This document shows, one piece after another, positions 1 to 12,271 of a DNA stretch of 64,000 nucleotides. The stretch comes from Phoronis australis. Lineage: Eukaryota > Animalia > Phoronida. The stretch covers positions 495,955 to 559,954 of the forward strand of contig NMRA01000180.1 in assembly GCA_002633005.1 (NCBI GenBank). The letters run 5' to 3'. Positions within the stretch are counted from its first letter, which is position 1. Every line of letters begins with the position of its first letter. The translations under genes and the position numbers were made by a program. The notes under the pieces were generated by a model. It had not been told where the DNA came from and searched no databases. It saw nothing but the letters and a program-made list of their open reading frames with translations.

Positions 1-447
1 TTGTTGGCTAAAAGAGATAAATATTATGTTATTCCTGTAGTTATCATCCCCTATTTATGTGTGTTCAGGTTAGTATGCTGACAATGTGGTTGGCCAGCTA
101 AGTGTGAAAAAAGGTGTTTACGCTGGTAGTACCTACACTGAAAAATATTCATGTACTTATTGGACTGGGTTTCAGGTCATTTTCAATGAGCTGTTGAGCA
201 GGAAATTCCCCAACCTCTAACAAATGAGATTTTAATAAAATTGTGTGTGTTGTTGATATGGAGTGGGATCCAAGCAAATAAGTGTAGTATTATTCCGATA
301 TGCAGCAGGTATTCACACTCGGTTTGATTTTAGTAAATTCCTGCTCTTGCAGTTTGTGAATTTCGTTTCATTTTTAGATGAATAATTGTTGTTATTAAGG
401 TTATTTAGGACCCTAGAAAAATATCCAAATTGGGTTAACTTGGGTTA

Positions 448-720
448 CATATCTTAGAAATGGCTGATCAGATTCATATCAAGTTTTCAGATACTATGCT
501 TTATCCACTGTTCTAAAAAACTTTAAGGAATGGTTTTTAAATTTTTTCATTTAGCCATGCATAGGACTTTTGTGATTTTCATAAATAATTAAATTTGCAT
601 AAAACAAAAAGGAAGATGAGATTTTAGAAGACTATAACAGCGTTTTTTGAGATTTCACCTTGAACATTATATCAAATGAAATTTGATTGTGCGATTGACG
701 TTGTATTGCTATCAGTGTAC
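448..720. repeat. interspersed repeat fragment (related copy at about 23513-23768)
   Basis: ATATCT.AGAA.TGGCTGA...ATTCAT, TTTAT.CA.TGTTCT and ACAGC.TTTTTGAGATTT blocks are shared. Confidence 0.6.
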
Positions 721-736
721 CTCCTAGAATTTGGGA

Positions 737-805
737 TTTAGCTCAGCCATGATAGCATTAGGCTGCGACCATGGAGTGACAGGTTCGAATCTGTGCTGAG
801 GCTGA
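737..805 (+). mobile_element. degenerate tRNA-derived (SINE-like) head
   Basis: A-box-like TAGCTCAGCCATGATAG and B-box GGTTCGAATC at tRNA spacing; no intact cloverleaf. Confidence 0.45.
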
Positions 806-1475
806 ACTGTTGAAATTGTTTTTCTCGCCTTTTAGCCAAAAAAGCATTAGTTGATTCTGCTCTGTGTTTTTTAGAAGTTTTTGAGGTGATTTTTTTTTAT
901 AAAAAAACATATCAGCAAAAGTGGGCTATTTTTTCCTTTCTGTCATCTCGAAGCAGCTTCAGTGGCGCATTGACGTGACTGTGTGTGTTACTGGTGGGTG
1001 GTATATATGAGCCAGTTGTTATGAGCTACTCTAGTCATGGCTTGTGATGATGCAGTTTGTCAACCAGCAGTGTTTTTAAAAAACGTCAGCTAAAATCATT
1101 GCTATCTTTTTTGTTAAAGTAGTGAGGCGCAGGTTTCTAAGTGTGGACCAGAAGCAACTATGCTTTAAGTTGGCCTTCGTTGTATTATCTATGACTACAA
1201 ATACCTGCGCTTTAACGATGATTTTCCTTAGGTGGATTTGACCTTACACACCCTGACTTGTAAATTGCTATAATAAACATAAAGTTTTGAAATCAGCATA
1301 TTGCAATTCCCAATTCTTTATCGTAACTATGCTGATTGAATTTAGTTTTCAAGTCATCCACAAACACCCAAATTAAGAAACTAGCATCATAGGTTTTAGG
1401 TCAGTCTACTTAACCATACACCAAAATCATTCAGTTTTTTTTTCACTTGTGCACTGGTCTAGGTTGGGCACTGAA

Positions 1476-1966
1476 CAGGCCTTCATCCAGGATTTCGAAA
1501 ATGGGGTGTCCAAAATGAGGTTCCCAATATTCCAGGGCGTCCATAATTCCAACGCGTAACCCCCCATCCCCAGCAATCCCCCCAAATACACAGATTTTTT
1601 TACAAAAAAATGCATAGACCAAGGTTTTTACATCTAAGTTTACAAAACAGCCTTCTGTAGTGAGCATTTTTAATAAAAAATGGGTGTAGACCAAGACTTT
1701 TACAATGCTATCAACCAAGTATGAGCATAGCAACATTGTATATACTTTGTATATACATTGTATATTTCTTCCTGCTTTGAAAAAGAGCCCCCACTGTTAG
1801 CCTTCAGAGGCTTCCTAGTAATCATTGCAATGTGTGTGTCCAAACTTGAAAGGTTCCTATTGACAGTGGGCGTCCAAATGATACATTGGGCGTCCTTGCC
1901 AGGGCCTCCATATTAGTGCTGGGGCGTCTATTTGGACGGCCAGGACCTACGCTGCATGAAGGCCTG
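1476..1966. mobile_element. non-autonomous hAT-type MITE
   Basis: TIR CAGGCCTTCATCCAG / CTGCATGAAGGCCTG (14/15); perfect 8-bp TSD GCACTGAA at 1468-1475 and 1967-1974. Confidence 0.9.
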
Positions 1967-2073
1967 GCACTGAATGAGTGAAAGTTGTTTTTGTTAGGTT
2001 ATCAGTAAGAAAAGATGTTACCTGGTGTTGTCTTTTTTGTGCATTTAGTGTGATGATTTGATTTATTTTGCAG

Positions 2074-2130
2074 GATTTGATTCAAAAGGTTAAAGCAAAG
2101 GAAAAGGAACTAACTGAGCTGCGTGAGAAG
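2074..2130 (+). CDS. exon of NEMO/optineurin-like gene (DLIQKVKAKEKELTELREK)
   Basis: ttttgcAG acceptor, AAG|GTATTG donor, 57 nt, coiled-coil-like peptide. Confidence 0.75.
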
Positions 2131-5100
2131 GTATTGCATTTTATTGTTGCTGGGACAGCCTTGTAAGGTTGTATGTTGAACGTTAACATAGCCTGAGCCC
2201 GTGACCTTTGAAGCGTACCTGTGTGTTTGAGATCCCCATTTCCAAGAAATTGAATAAATGAACATAATCAATACTTGTATGTGTTCAGTGGGAAATTCTT
2301 GATAGTTTGGTATTTAATGAAAGTCTCACCAATTTCATAGAAAAAAAGTTTAACTTATAAAATTGCCTCTTTTCTCATTTTCAAAGACGTCTTACATTGG
2401 TTGCGCTTGATTGACTTCACTGGTTCCGCCAGGTTATCCGTCTAAGATGCCTGATTAGCCTGTAAGCTAACTGTAAGCTAATTGCATGTCTTAGCCGCTT
2501 AATCCAGAAGAACTGGTGAAGTCAATCAAGGGCAGACTTTGCTGTGAATGTCCACAACTTTTCAAAACACTGTCAGATGGTGCCTATGGTACAGAACCTG
2601 AACATGGAAAGTGGTAATTTTATGCTCAATATCTTTCATGGAAAAATTGAGGAAATATAATTTGGTCCATCTGATTGATGATAAAATCTTGTGAACCATT
2701 TTGTGAAAGGGTTTAGGATGAAATGAAAGTAGCAAAATGACATATACGCAGAACAAGTTCACGATTTCAAAAACCATTACATGTGAAATGTTTAGAGGAC
2801 TGTCTAGAGCGCCTCTCTGTGGATCATATTAGAGGTATAAGGATTATGTAGTTGAGTTGAGTTTGATAAAATAACCAAAATCACGAAGAATTTCATTATA
2901 AAACGCAACATTTTGCTTTATTAAAAAGCATATTTAAGGCCGAGTTTTGATGACGCATCAATCTCACAGAGGGAGTAGTTAGTGTTATCACGTGTTTTGC
3001 TTGCAAGGCATGGTGATACCTTGCAGAGTCTTGCGTTTGTACAAAGCTCTCGCATCTACTTAACACACGCCTGGTGAGTGCAGTGCGTGTTCAAGCAGGG
3101 AAGTCAGCTGAACCACAAGAAATACAAACAATAGGTTGCCATAGCTGCAAGTGGAAAGTGGTCTGGTGAACATTCAATGAGTAGTTAACCTATTGTTTGC
3201 ACTGTGGTTCAACTGACCTATTCCACCCTTGATATTTACCTGTCGTCAGATGATACACGAAAACACAGTGTTTTTATTTAATTTTTTGTGATTGTGGTTG
3301 GTATAATAAATATTTTGGTAAAGAGCCCTTTCTTTCACAAATTTTGTCGAATGCATAAGAAATATTGTGCCGGGTTATTTTAAATGTTTTACGTAATTTT
3401 ACTGAATCCAAGGACTGCTGTCATTGAGTGTGAGTTTAAAATGTAATGTTAAAGAAAATTTTTGTATCATCATGATCCATTACATTGGTCTCGAGCAGTT
3501 CTATTAAAGCGTCATTTCCTGTTTTCCACCAAAGGTTTCCAACCTCTCCACACCATGCTAATTATTTGTTTACATCTCTAAACATTTTATTCAGGGTGTC
3601 AGCAAGTAAACATAGTGTCAATATACAATAACTTTTTACAGGGTTGCCTATTCCATCTAAAATTTGTCTGTTCCTAGTCAGTTGTCTCAAAGAGGAACCT
3701 TGTCTTTTGGTTAATATTGTACACCAAGGTGTAGGTTGTGAATCTTCATGTGACCTTGACCTTGTTTTCAAGGTCATAACATAAACTCGAAAGTTTTACT
3801 GTGAAGGTCTTGTTAGTGTGACATCTCTAGAATGGAGCTCGTGATATTGTTCACATTTTTACCAAGATATAGGTGGGGCATCCCTGAGCACCAGTTGTGG
3901 ATCTTGACCTTAGTTTCAGGGTAATGGTGAGAAATTTAAAAGTACTACTTAGAAAAATGTTTCTGCAATATTTCAAGGTTTATCCTAATGCAAAAAAATC
4001 TTTTACTACGTGAAATTGGAGCCTTAAAAAGTGTATCCAGAGGTGGTGGGACACTTTTGTCAACTTGTGACAAATTCTGGTTCAACCATAAGAACAAGGT
4101 TGGTTTTAATCAATGCCCCTACTTGCGCTCACCAGCTGAGTAAGAAAAAATGCCCGCCCTCATCAATTTTAGCCAAGGTCTCATAAGCAAGAGTAACCAA
4201 GGTTTGAAATGCTATGATTTGACAAGGGTATAGTAAATAAATCCAACTTCATTTTTGCCCATTTCACTAAGGTGGATTTCCTTTTTGAAAGTATGAGCAA
4301 AAAATGCTGCACCACTGACTTGATTAAAAACAGACTAGAACTTACTATGCTTTTTATCCTGATCACTTAAAGTTATTGTGGTTTAAGTAATATCAGTGTT
4401 CTCCGCAACCTGTTGTGACTCGTCACTGTGTCAAGTTTGAATTTTGCTGGACGAGTTTGGCTCTCTTAAGTCGAGTTTAATAACCTGTGCATCGAGTTTG
4501 AAGTATTGGGAGATTAGCCATTTCGAAAGCAAATTTTAGGACATTCCGGACCTTAGGTACCAGATCAGTGCATTTATTTCAAGACTTAACGTTCAAACTC
4601 CTCACAGTATAGACATTGACTTTCGAACGCATGCTCATGAGTTGAAATTTGAGTCGAGTTAAATTTTCTATACACATGTAGTTGTGGAGAACACTGAATA
4701 TACTATTACCATTTTAATTTACTGTTTCACAATGTCTGGAGATGTGAATAGCATAACTTTAATAGACAAAAAGTGTATCAGCGTTCTTATTTTGTTTTGA
4801 TTAATTAATGTAATTGAAAAATATGTTTACATTTTTTCAGATAACAGAGGTAACAAACTCCAATATGTTCTTAACAGTCCAGGTATAGTACTCGTTTGGG
4901 TTGTGTCACGGGCACTGAAGTGGAATAACAATATGCCTTTAAATTAATAAACAGCTTGGATATGCATCACACAAACCTCAATTTGATGCAACAGTTGCAA
5001 AGCCCCGAAATTTGTTGTCAGTTGTAGAAATTCTCCATTTTTGGGTCAATCTCTAAAATTTCAGACACAGAAATTCAAGTCGAATTTCAACATTTCTTGA

Positions 5101-8100
5101 TTTGAAGATTGGACCATGGGTGATTTTTACTGTCAGTACTTCTCAAATATATTGTTTAGTTTCAGCAGAGTCTCAAAATAGACTCGGCAGTTCTTACAAT
5201 CATCAAAAATGGCTGCCAATGGAACATTTTCATGCGTCCCCATAGTGCGCAACCTTGAGGTGAATAATCCTAATTGTTGTTCTTGAATTTGGACAACCAA
5301 TGTTGAATGTATCTAAAACACTGGTACAAACTCCAGCCTTGATCAAAATAATCTCATTTTTTCCTTGTCCCAAACTGTAGGATTTTTATTTGCATTTTGC
5401 ATGACTGCATTATAATCATTTAATTCTAAAATGCGTGCGAAATTTGTCCCCAGATTTAGAATTACGTGATGAGGAGACAGCCATGGAGTCGTTGGGTAAT
5501 GGCTGACAGTCATACTGTGCTGTTTGATAGCCCATCTTTTATTCAAAATGCAGCCACTTAGACACTATGGATAGAGTTCAGAATTTTCAAATTTTTTGTT
5601 CAAATTTTCTCATGATGAAGCTCTTGCATCAACACATTTCACATAGTTATCCAAACTGTTCTCACTCTCGTTTCTTCAGCTGTGTTTTATTTTCTTCGAT
5701 TAGGCATCATAACAACAGAAGTGTTAATAAAATTTCGAGGTAATCTTAACAATTAATCTGAGCATTATTTATCACGGTATATAGTTGCACTTAGGGTATT
5801 AGAATCATTTTTATAAACTATCTAATTATCTTTGCAAGTAGCCCTTTAAAAAGTTAAAGTATCAAGTGAGAATTAGATTTTCACTAACAGGAATAATCTG
5901 AATTTGTAACTCAAAGATAATTTATTTAAGTGGACTTAAATGTCTACTTACAAACTGTGTTATTTCATTTATTTAGCACTCAACATGGCTAACAATCAAA
6001 ATTATATTGATTTCTCCACTGAAATAAAGGTTAAGAAAATTTTAGTCTCTTACTAGCATGGTTTGTACAGCGTAGATGTCAAAAAACAACTTGTGGTATT
6101 TTTTTCCATTATCTGCAGTAAAGTAATCAGCCTTTGAAAATGGAAAAATTGACAATTTTGACAAAATTATTTTTGTTCGAAATCAGTGAGGAATTATTGC
6201 ATTTCCCTGTATCATTGTGCAAAACTTCATGGTTTAATTTAAAAACTCCTGAAAGTGTTTGAAGCGTAGAAAAAACGAATCATTGTTTTTCCTTCGGAGG
6301 ATGCTATGTTGGTGATGGCGTTGGTCAGTTTCATTGTTCAGGATAACTTAGATTTCTCTTCCCTGTATTCAACACAGTGTGGTTTTTATTTGTTGGAACA
6401 GTGTAAGCAGTGATAAGTGATATAGTCACTGCCCTTGCACAAACATCAAAACTGTGACCAGCATTATAATTCCAAAATGCTCTTATCAATGTGACCACGT
6501 CCATGACCTTCATTAATTTTGGCAGTAGAAGACTTCCTGTTAAGGTCGCAATGTAGACGTTTGTTTCGTCGAGGTTTTAATAGCCGCAGCCGTTTGCTGA
6601 AGGCCAGGTGGACAAATTGAAAGGTTCTCATTTCAAACATTTCAGGTAGATCAATTTCAACAGGATTATGACACGCTGTCCAAAAAAGAAGCAAAGTACA
6701 AGGAGACGATTAAAGAACAAAAAGATGTGGTCAGTAAAACCAGACATTGTCAAAATCTGTTTTAAAGGAAACGGCAACCTTTTTCATGTCATTTTAGTAA
6801 AAATGCGGTTCGTTGATTATCCCAGACACATGTTTCATGTAATTACGGCTTCCCGTAATTTTATAAATTAGTCAAGCCGAAGTGACGTTTAAGGGGTTAT
6901 AAGAATTTCCCACCATTTGTTCGAGTTTTCTATGAGAATCTGTTCCATTGTTGTTTTTATGCTGCTGTCACCTCTTCCCATCGATGAGTATTCTACGATG
7001 AGCTAGGTCATTAGATAACTTGGTTACATTGGATTTAGTTTGTAGCAGCCTAAAAATGGCTGGAGTCGGCGACCAATATCATGGACACAGTGACGTGAGT
7101 GACGGAAACATTGTTCAAAGCACGGGTGACGAGGATTTTTTTCACCAACAGTCAGTGAGTTGATATATGTTTTGAGTCCCAGTATAGTGAGGCAGAGTAT
7201 GCACAGACAGCTATGAGAAGTATGAGGCATAGACTGAGGACAGACGTGGTGGGACGTCTTGGTGCAAAGTGTATGGTGTGCACTGTTATGTTGACCTCAA
7301 TGGAATGTCTATGCTGTTCCCGCTGGATGGTGACCTGAGCGCCTTAACTGCTTACATCCCGCCATGTGACCCTTGCCACTCACTTGGCACATTTTAAATA
7401 GCTCCCAATACTTTAGCCAAACCACAATAAACTTATCAAACTTTGGCTTACGCGCCTGTATACAGGACGACGAACTGTCCTCCTCACTGGGTGTCGTTGG
7501 AGTGCTGCTTACCGGCTCTGGGCTGGAGACAACACCAGCACAAGGTGAATCACTGCTAGTTCCCAGAATTGCGGTACAGGTACGTTCGTAGGCACGTTGA
7601 CAGTAGATGAATGGCCTCCACTCACTATAAAGCCCACATCTCGCAAAGCTTCTCGCTTAATAGTGCACTTCTGGGGGTGGCAACGAGACACTGCCGGGAA
7701 TCAACAGTGACAGTATGGCACCCTTATTGTTTTTCAGAAATCTTCTTCAATTCCAGGTACATATTATCTTTTTCTTAATCCAACGGCAGAAAATGCTTGC
7801 CACACACTCGTAATTCTCCACTGCTTTGTACGTTGTGTGGACGAGTAACGCTGAGTGCAAGCCAAGTACGGCAGAGTGTGTCATCTTTCAGAAAGCGATG
7901 TAATTTCAACTGAAAGTGCACGTGCGAGGATAATGAGTACACTCCGGTACAGAACAACCATGCGCCATGTTGACTGACTCATAAACAAACGCAAACGACA
8001 TCCGAACTTATCACAACAGGGGTAAAACAATGACTGATTTGACAGCTCACACAGTCAGACTAGTATATGAAAACAAAATGACAGGAAATTCTCAACCCCC

Positions 8101-8855
8101 TAAACGTCACTTCCGAAGTAAGGCACGACTAATTAATAAATTTCAGGAAGCCTTAAATTTTCTAGAATTCCATTTTAAAATGCTGATGATTGTGTGTCTG
8201 AGCTCAATTTTTGTCTTTATAAAGTATTAACGCATATTGTATTATGAGGTCGAGGCTCACATAAACATTTTTGATTTCTGAGATTGGAAAGGAACCTCCA
8301 GTACATACATGACAATAGTCGTGTGTATACTGGGGGTAATGACTACCGTAAGATAACTACCATCAAACTCTAGGTGCAAGACTCTTGTGGGCTTTGGGCT
8401 AATGAGATGAACCCATCTGTTAATAATATGCCCGTGTTATTGGCTGACGTTATCAGATGAATATTCATAGCATGATTGTGATATGGGCTGGTCTTTTGAG
8501 ATGAATTGTCTCTGCTTGTAATATGACTGTGATCAGTGATATCATCAATACTCACTGTCAATAATTTGATAATGCTATTGGCGGATGTTATCCGATGAAT
8601 GTTCAGACAATAATATGAGCACGTGATTGATGGAGTTTGTTTTTGATATTTCAGATATCAGATTTACACAACAAATATCAGAAAGAGAAGAGAAGAAACG
8701 GCACATTGCCTAACTCTGTCGGTCAACTCCCAAACGGTAACACCTCCGTTAACCCTGTAGCGCGACCCGCACTCTGGTTTACCTGTGAAAAATGCCGACA
8801 AGAGTTTACGAACTATGGCATGTATATGAATCATTTAAGACAGTGTGATAAATGA
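2074..8855 (+). CDS. 3' part of a spliced gene encoding a coiled-coil protein with a UBAN-like segment and C-terminal CCHC zinc finger (NEMO/optineurin/TNIP-like); 5' exons lie outside the window
   Basis: Exons 2074-2130, 4841-4882, 6646-6729 and 8655-8855 are all phase 0 with canonical AG/GT. They join to DLIQKVKAKEKELTELREK-ITEVTNSNMFLTVQ-VDQFQQDYDTLSKKEAKYKETIKEQKDV-ISDLHNKYQKEKRR...WFTCEKCRQEFTNYGMYMNHLRQCDK*. The terminal C-x2-C-x12-H-x3-C is the NEMO/OPTN-type finger. Confidence 0.8.
2403..2533. repeat. short foldback element
   Basis: GCGCTTGATTGACTTCACTGGTTC / GAACTGGTGAAGTCAATCAAGGGC inverted arms (21/24). Confidence 0.7.
3103..3217. repeat. short foldback element
   Basis: GTCAGCTGAACCACA...CAAACAATAGGTT / AACCTATTGTTTG...TGTGGTTCAACTGAC inverted arms. 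Confidence 0.65.
4394..4696. mobile_element. non-autonomous hAT-like MITE
   Basis: TIR CAGTGTTCTCCGCAAC / GTTGTGGAGAACACTG (15/16); repeated CGAGTT subterminal motifs; TSD not clean. Confidence 0.75.
4841..4882 (+). CDS. exon of NEMO/optineurin-like gene (ITEVTNSNMFLTVQ)
   Basis: ttttttcAG acceptor, CAG|GTATAG donor, 42 nt, phase 0. Confidence 0.65.
6646..6729 (+). CDS. exon of NEMO/optineurin-like gene (VDQFQQDYDTLSKKEAKYKETIKEQKDV)
   Basis: tttcAG acceptor, GTG|GTCAGT donor, 84 nt, phase 0. Confidence 0.75.
7056..7365 (+). pseudogene. KolX / P2X7-ballast (nanor)-like cysteine-rich relic
   Basis: Across frameshifts and stops it reads VS*YMF/ESQYSEAE...RRGGTSWCK/CMVCTVMLTSMECLCC, matching the PYxFEP...WCxCxxCxxMxTxxECxCC signature. 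Confidence 0.7.
7372..7968 (-). pseudogene. THAP-domain transposase N-terminal relic
   Basis: MAHGCSVPEC.../LHRFLKDDTLCRTW...LRVCGKHFLPLD*.../FLKNNKGAILSL (C2CH THAP pattern), followed by KFIVVWLKYWELFKMCQVSG; frameshifted. Confidence 0.75.
8655..8855 (+). CDS. terminal exon of NEMO/optineurin-like gene with CCHC zinc finger
   Basis: tttcAG acceptor; ORF ends FTCEKCRQEFTNYGMYMNHLRQCDK-TGA. Confidence 0.85.
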   Translation: MSDLHNKYQKEKRRNGTLPNSVGQLPNGNTSVNPVARPALWFTCEKCRQEFTNYGMYMNHLRQCDK

Positions 8856-10123
8856 AGAATCATATGTATCATAGCAAATATCGTGGTGTCCAAGCCTGTA
8901 TTCAACATAAGCGAGTGATGGCACGTTTCTCAAGTACAGGGAAGAATATCCATGGTCAGGGGCAGCGCTTGGCCAGAACCTGGTTAAACGTCTGAAGCTG
9001 AGAGAATTACCTCATGCAACAGGAGTTGCTCTGTCATGTTTGAGGTCCCAACACTGCAAAGAATTTTCAGTGCTTATGCGTAGGAGATGGTGGGGGGTTT
9101 GACTCGGGACCTCCTCCCTGGCGTTTTTGCTTCATTTCTTGTAAAGCATTTCCAGGTTGTTAGACCATATATATCAGTGCTTTTGTGTCACAGTGGTATA
9201 AGGAAACCATTTTAGATACTTACGTACAGATGCTAGCATAAGAGTCTCTCAATAACCAAATGGACAAGAAATTTTTTTTTTTTTTCGCCAACTATGGCAC
9301 TTCTTCTTTTTTTACACTTTCAGCACTTTTGATAGAGCTTGTGTGTTTAATATCGGAGCTTATCATGTTTACGATAATTATCGTTTAATTTGAATGGAAC
9401 ATCATTATACATGTGAGTGACAAACCATTGTAAAAGCGTTATGTTTGGTGTTAATGATTGAAATTCGTTTTTTATTATGTTGCTGGAAGTTTGGCTGAAC
9501 CAAGTGCTCCTAATTTTTGACGCTGAACTGATTTTTTTTCTGAAATTGGGAGTCACGTGTACTTGGTTATTTTGTCGTTGGTATGTGGCTTTAAAATTAG
9601 ACTTACAACTTTATCATGGAACTGTTTTTTTATATTATATCCAATATTGTGAGCAGGTTGCTGTTGAATAACTATGATATTTTCATCTGAAAGGCATATT
9701 AAGCATACGTGCAAGCCTTGAATATCTTTCGCGGAGTTAGTGAAATGACGCGATAGTAAAGTGAGCAACTATCCCATGACTTTACTTGTGGAGCATTAGC
9801 AAGGTAGCAATCACTGACATTGGTTTTATGTCTACTCTGGAGGGTGTAATGGGGGACTTTTAATTAGCAATGTGGCGACTAATCACAAGATGGCTGATCA
9901 CGGAATGAATAATAACGTGAAACCGGATACTAGTGACGAGGCAGTTTCACTTTTTTTTTGAAGCGCATCATATCTGGTCACATACACTGTAAAAGTATAC
10001 CGTAAGCGATCAGAATTGTTGAACGCAGCCCTGATTTTCTATTCATAGTGCCGCTTCATTTTTGAAGTTTTGTAAAAATTTGCAGGTATAATTTGTGCAT
10101 TTTCTTTTTTAATTTTTTAGTCC

Positions 10124-10325
10124 AATAAAGTAATGCTTGAAATTGCAAATTGGTAAATAAAATGTGATATGCTGGCATATTCTGTGTCCTGCACTTGATG
10201 TAGTGCTCTGTACAGTGACTGCAGTCCAGGTATTTTATTATGGAGATTTCAGTTGCTATGTAATTAAGAATGTTCAATTATTGTGTATTGCTGTGAATTC
10301 CATGCTTTTAATTTGTGAAAATAAA
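10124..10325 (+). terminator. candidate polyadenylation signals of the + strand gene
   Basis: AATAAA at 10124-10129 and 10320-10325 after about 1.3-1.5 kb of T-rich 3'UTR-like sequence. Confidence 0.45.
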
Positions 10326-12271
10326 TAGCTTCTTTTTAACTCTTGTCATTTATTAAAGAATGAAGGTTGACATTTTTAATTTTACGTTAAAGTTTAACAT
10401 ATTGGGTGGAAAAATCTTTGTAGTGTTTTCAAATCTCCATAAACTTGGTTTGAGCAAGAATTTTTCTGAGAAATTAATACACTTCTGCTTTATTTGTATA
10501 TCTTTATTTCTAAGAACTTGTGATATAAGTTGGCTTTCTTCAATTAAAATTATTTTCTTTATGACGCATAAACAAGAAAGTCGGCCTAATCGTAAACCAT
10601 CACTTTTCCATACTGCCAAAACCATAACCAACTCCATTTGTTTTAATATGTATAGCTTTCAAGAAATTGTTAGAAGTGTCACTAAAGCCATCTAATTTCA
10701 CCAATTGTGAAAGAGGTTAATGGAAATTAAAATACATGACAGAAATTATAGGCAAAATATTGTTTGCTTGTCATAATAGCAAATACAGTTAACACCAAAA
10801 ATGAGTGGCAATGAATATTATGGTGGCAAAATTTAATAGAGAAAAGCTCAGCCTCTTTACAAATTTTCCTGTCAAATTTCATTTTCAAACACGTGACGAT
10901 ACTCTGGTGATGATTTTGGCTTCCGCCCAGCTGTCGTGAAGAGGGAGATTCTGGGTCATTTTTTCTTGCTATTGAATGGATATCGATTTGCCAGTTTTGT
11001 GCTCCAGTTCATTGACTTTCAACTAGACTAATGGCATCAGTTTTTATTTAACTTTTAAGTTACTAACTCTATACACTGAAAGATGGTTGCAACCAATTCA
11101 ATCAATGGTAACTATGAAATTTTCCAAAAGCGATAAGATTTTACTTTTTATTCGCTATGGGTTTTTTAAGACATACAATTTCAGGAATGGAAAACTCGTC
11201 CCAACGATTGCAGTCGTAAAAACTTGAGACATGTTTGAAAATCTTGCAATCCTAGTTTGCCATTTACTTGTGGTTGCTTTGCAATTCACAATCAAATGTA
11301 ACAACATCATATACAAAGCAACCTTTTCCGTATTTGTTTTCAAACAAAATGCTCGTAAAAATGTTTATAACAATTGGTATTTCGTCAAATTTCAGGCGTT
11401 TTCGTGAAAAGTCGTCCACATTCTCTAAAAAGTACGGCACATAGTTCGTTAATGAGGAACAATATTGGTGCCATGACTAGACCACAATATGGGGGCTCCT
11501 GCATGAGAACAGTTGGTTAGAATGATGTGCCACTAATTTGGGTAGTTATTTAACACCAGTTTAGATCTCATCTGGGATGGGATTTTGTCCAGGGGTGTTC
11601 TTGTGGGGGTACCTTGCCTCCAATGAGGCATTTTCTCCGGTGGGTATTTTTGCTTCCTGGTATTGTCTCTGGTGGGTAAATGGAACAAGAGGCAACAAGG
11701 GATTGGCATTCTTCATTTGGTCTTGTTTTCGGCTACCAATTTTCCCATCACCTAGGTATTGTGTTGGTATGAATTGCACAGCGTTTACCATTGTGTGGAA
11801 GAGAACTCCTGTGTCCATTGGTGTTGGGAACAACACTTTGAATAATAGAAACGACAAATACTTCCTGTTTTATTGGATCTTTCATGGTCACAATGACTAC
11901 TGCAAAGTAGTTGAGAGTTTTTTTTTTAAATAACTGAAGTTGAAGTCATAACAAAATAATATTGATAAGCCTACCACCGTTTTTGGTTTTCTGCTAGTAT
12001 TATTAATGTACTACACAACAAAAACAGATTTTACTAATAACACTTGTGGCACTACACTCGGGGCGGCTCATGGCTCTTGGTACACAATGTTTAATTGAAA
12101 ACACTCGAGAGCGATCCTTTTTCAGTCTACTGGTGCTTAATGAGTGTTGCACGCTAATTGACTGAGCAGATTTAATCATGCATTTTGGCAATCAGGGGTA
12201 CCTCTTTCACCATACCACATTCAGGGTCTTAAACCAAAACACTCCATCAGGATTTAGTTTAAAAGGCTGTT

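Larger units (their letters stand above)
6766..8156. mobile_element. decayed, internally deleted Kolobok-like DNA transposon in an intron
   Basis: Left end TTAA|AGGAAACGG; long imperfect inverted match between about 6840-6911 and 8083-8156; contains convergent KolX-like and THAP-transposase relics. Confidence 0.7.

Noticed and set aside
737-805. Functional tRNA gene
   Set aside because: A and B boxes are present but the acceptor and anticodon stems do not pair convincingly.
11561-11933. Overlapping 98/118-aa ORFs with a faint ballast-like IPCC motif in another frame
   Set aside because: No convincing motif or splice structure; the GGGATTTTGTCC-type sequence looks like a repeat subterminal region.
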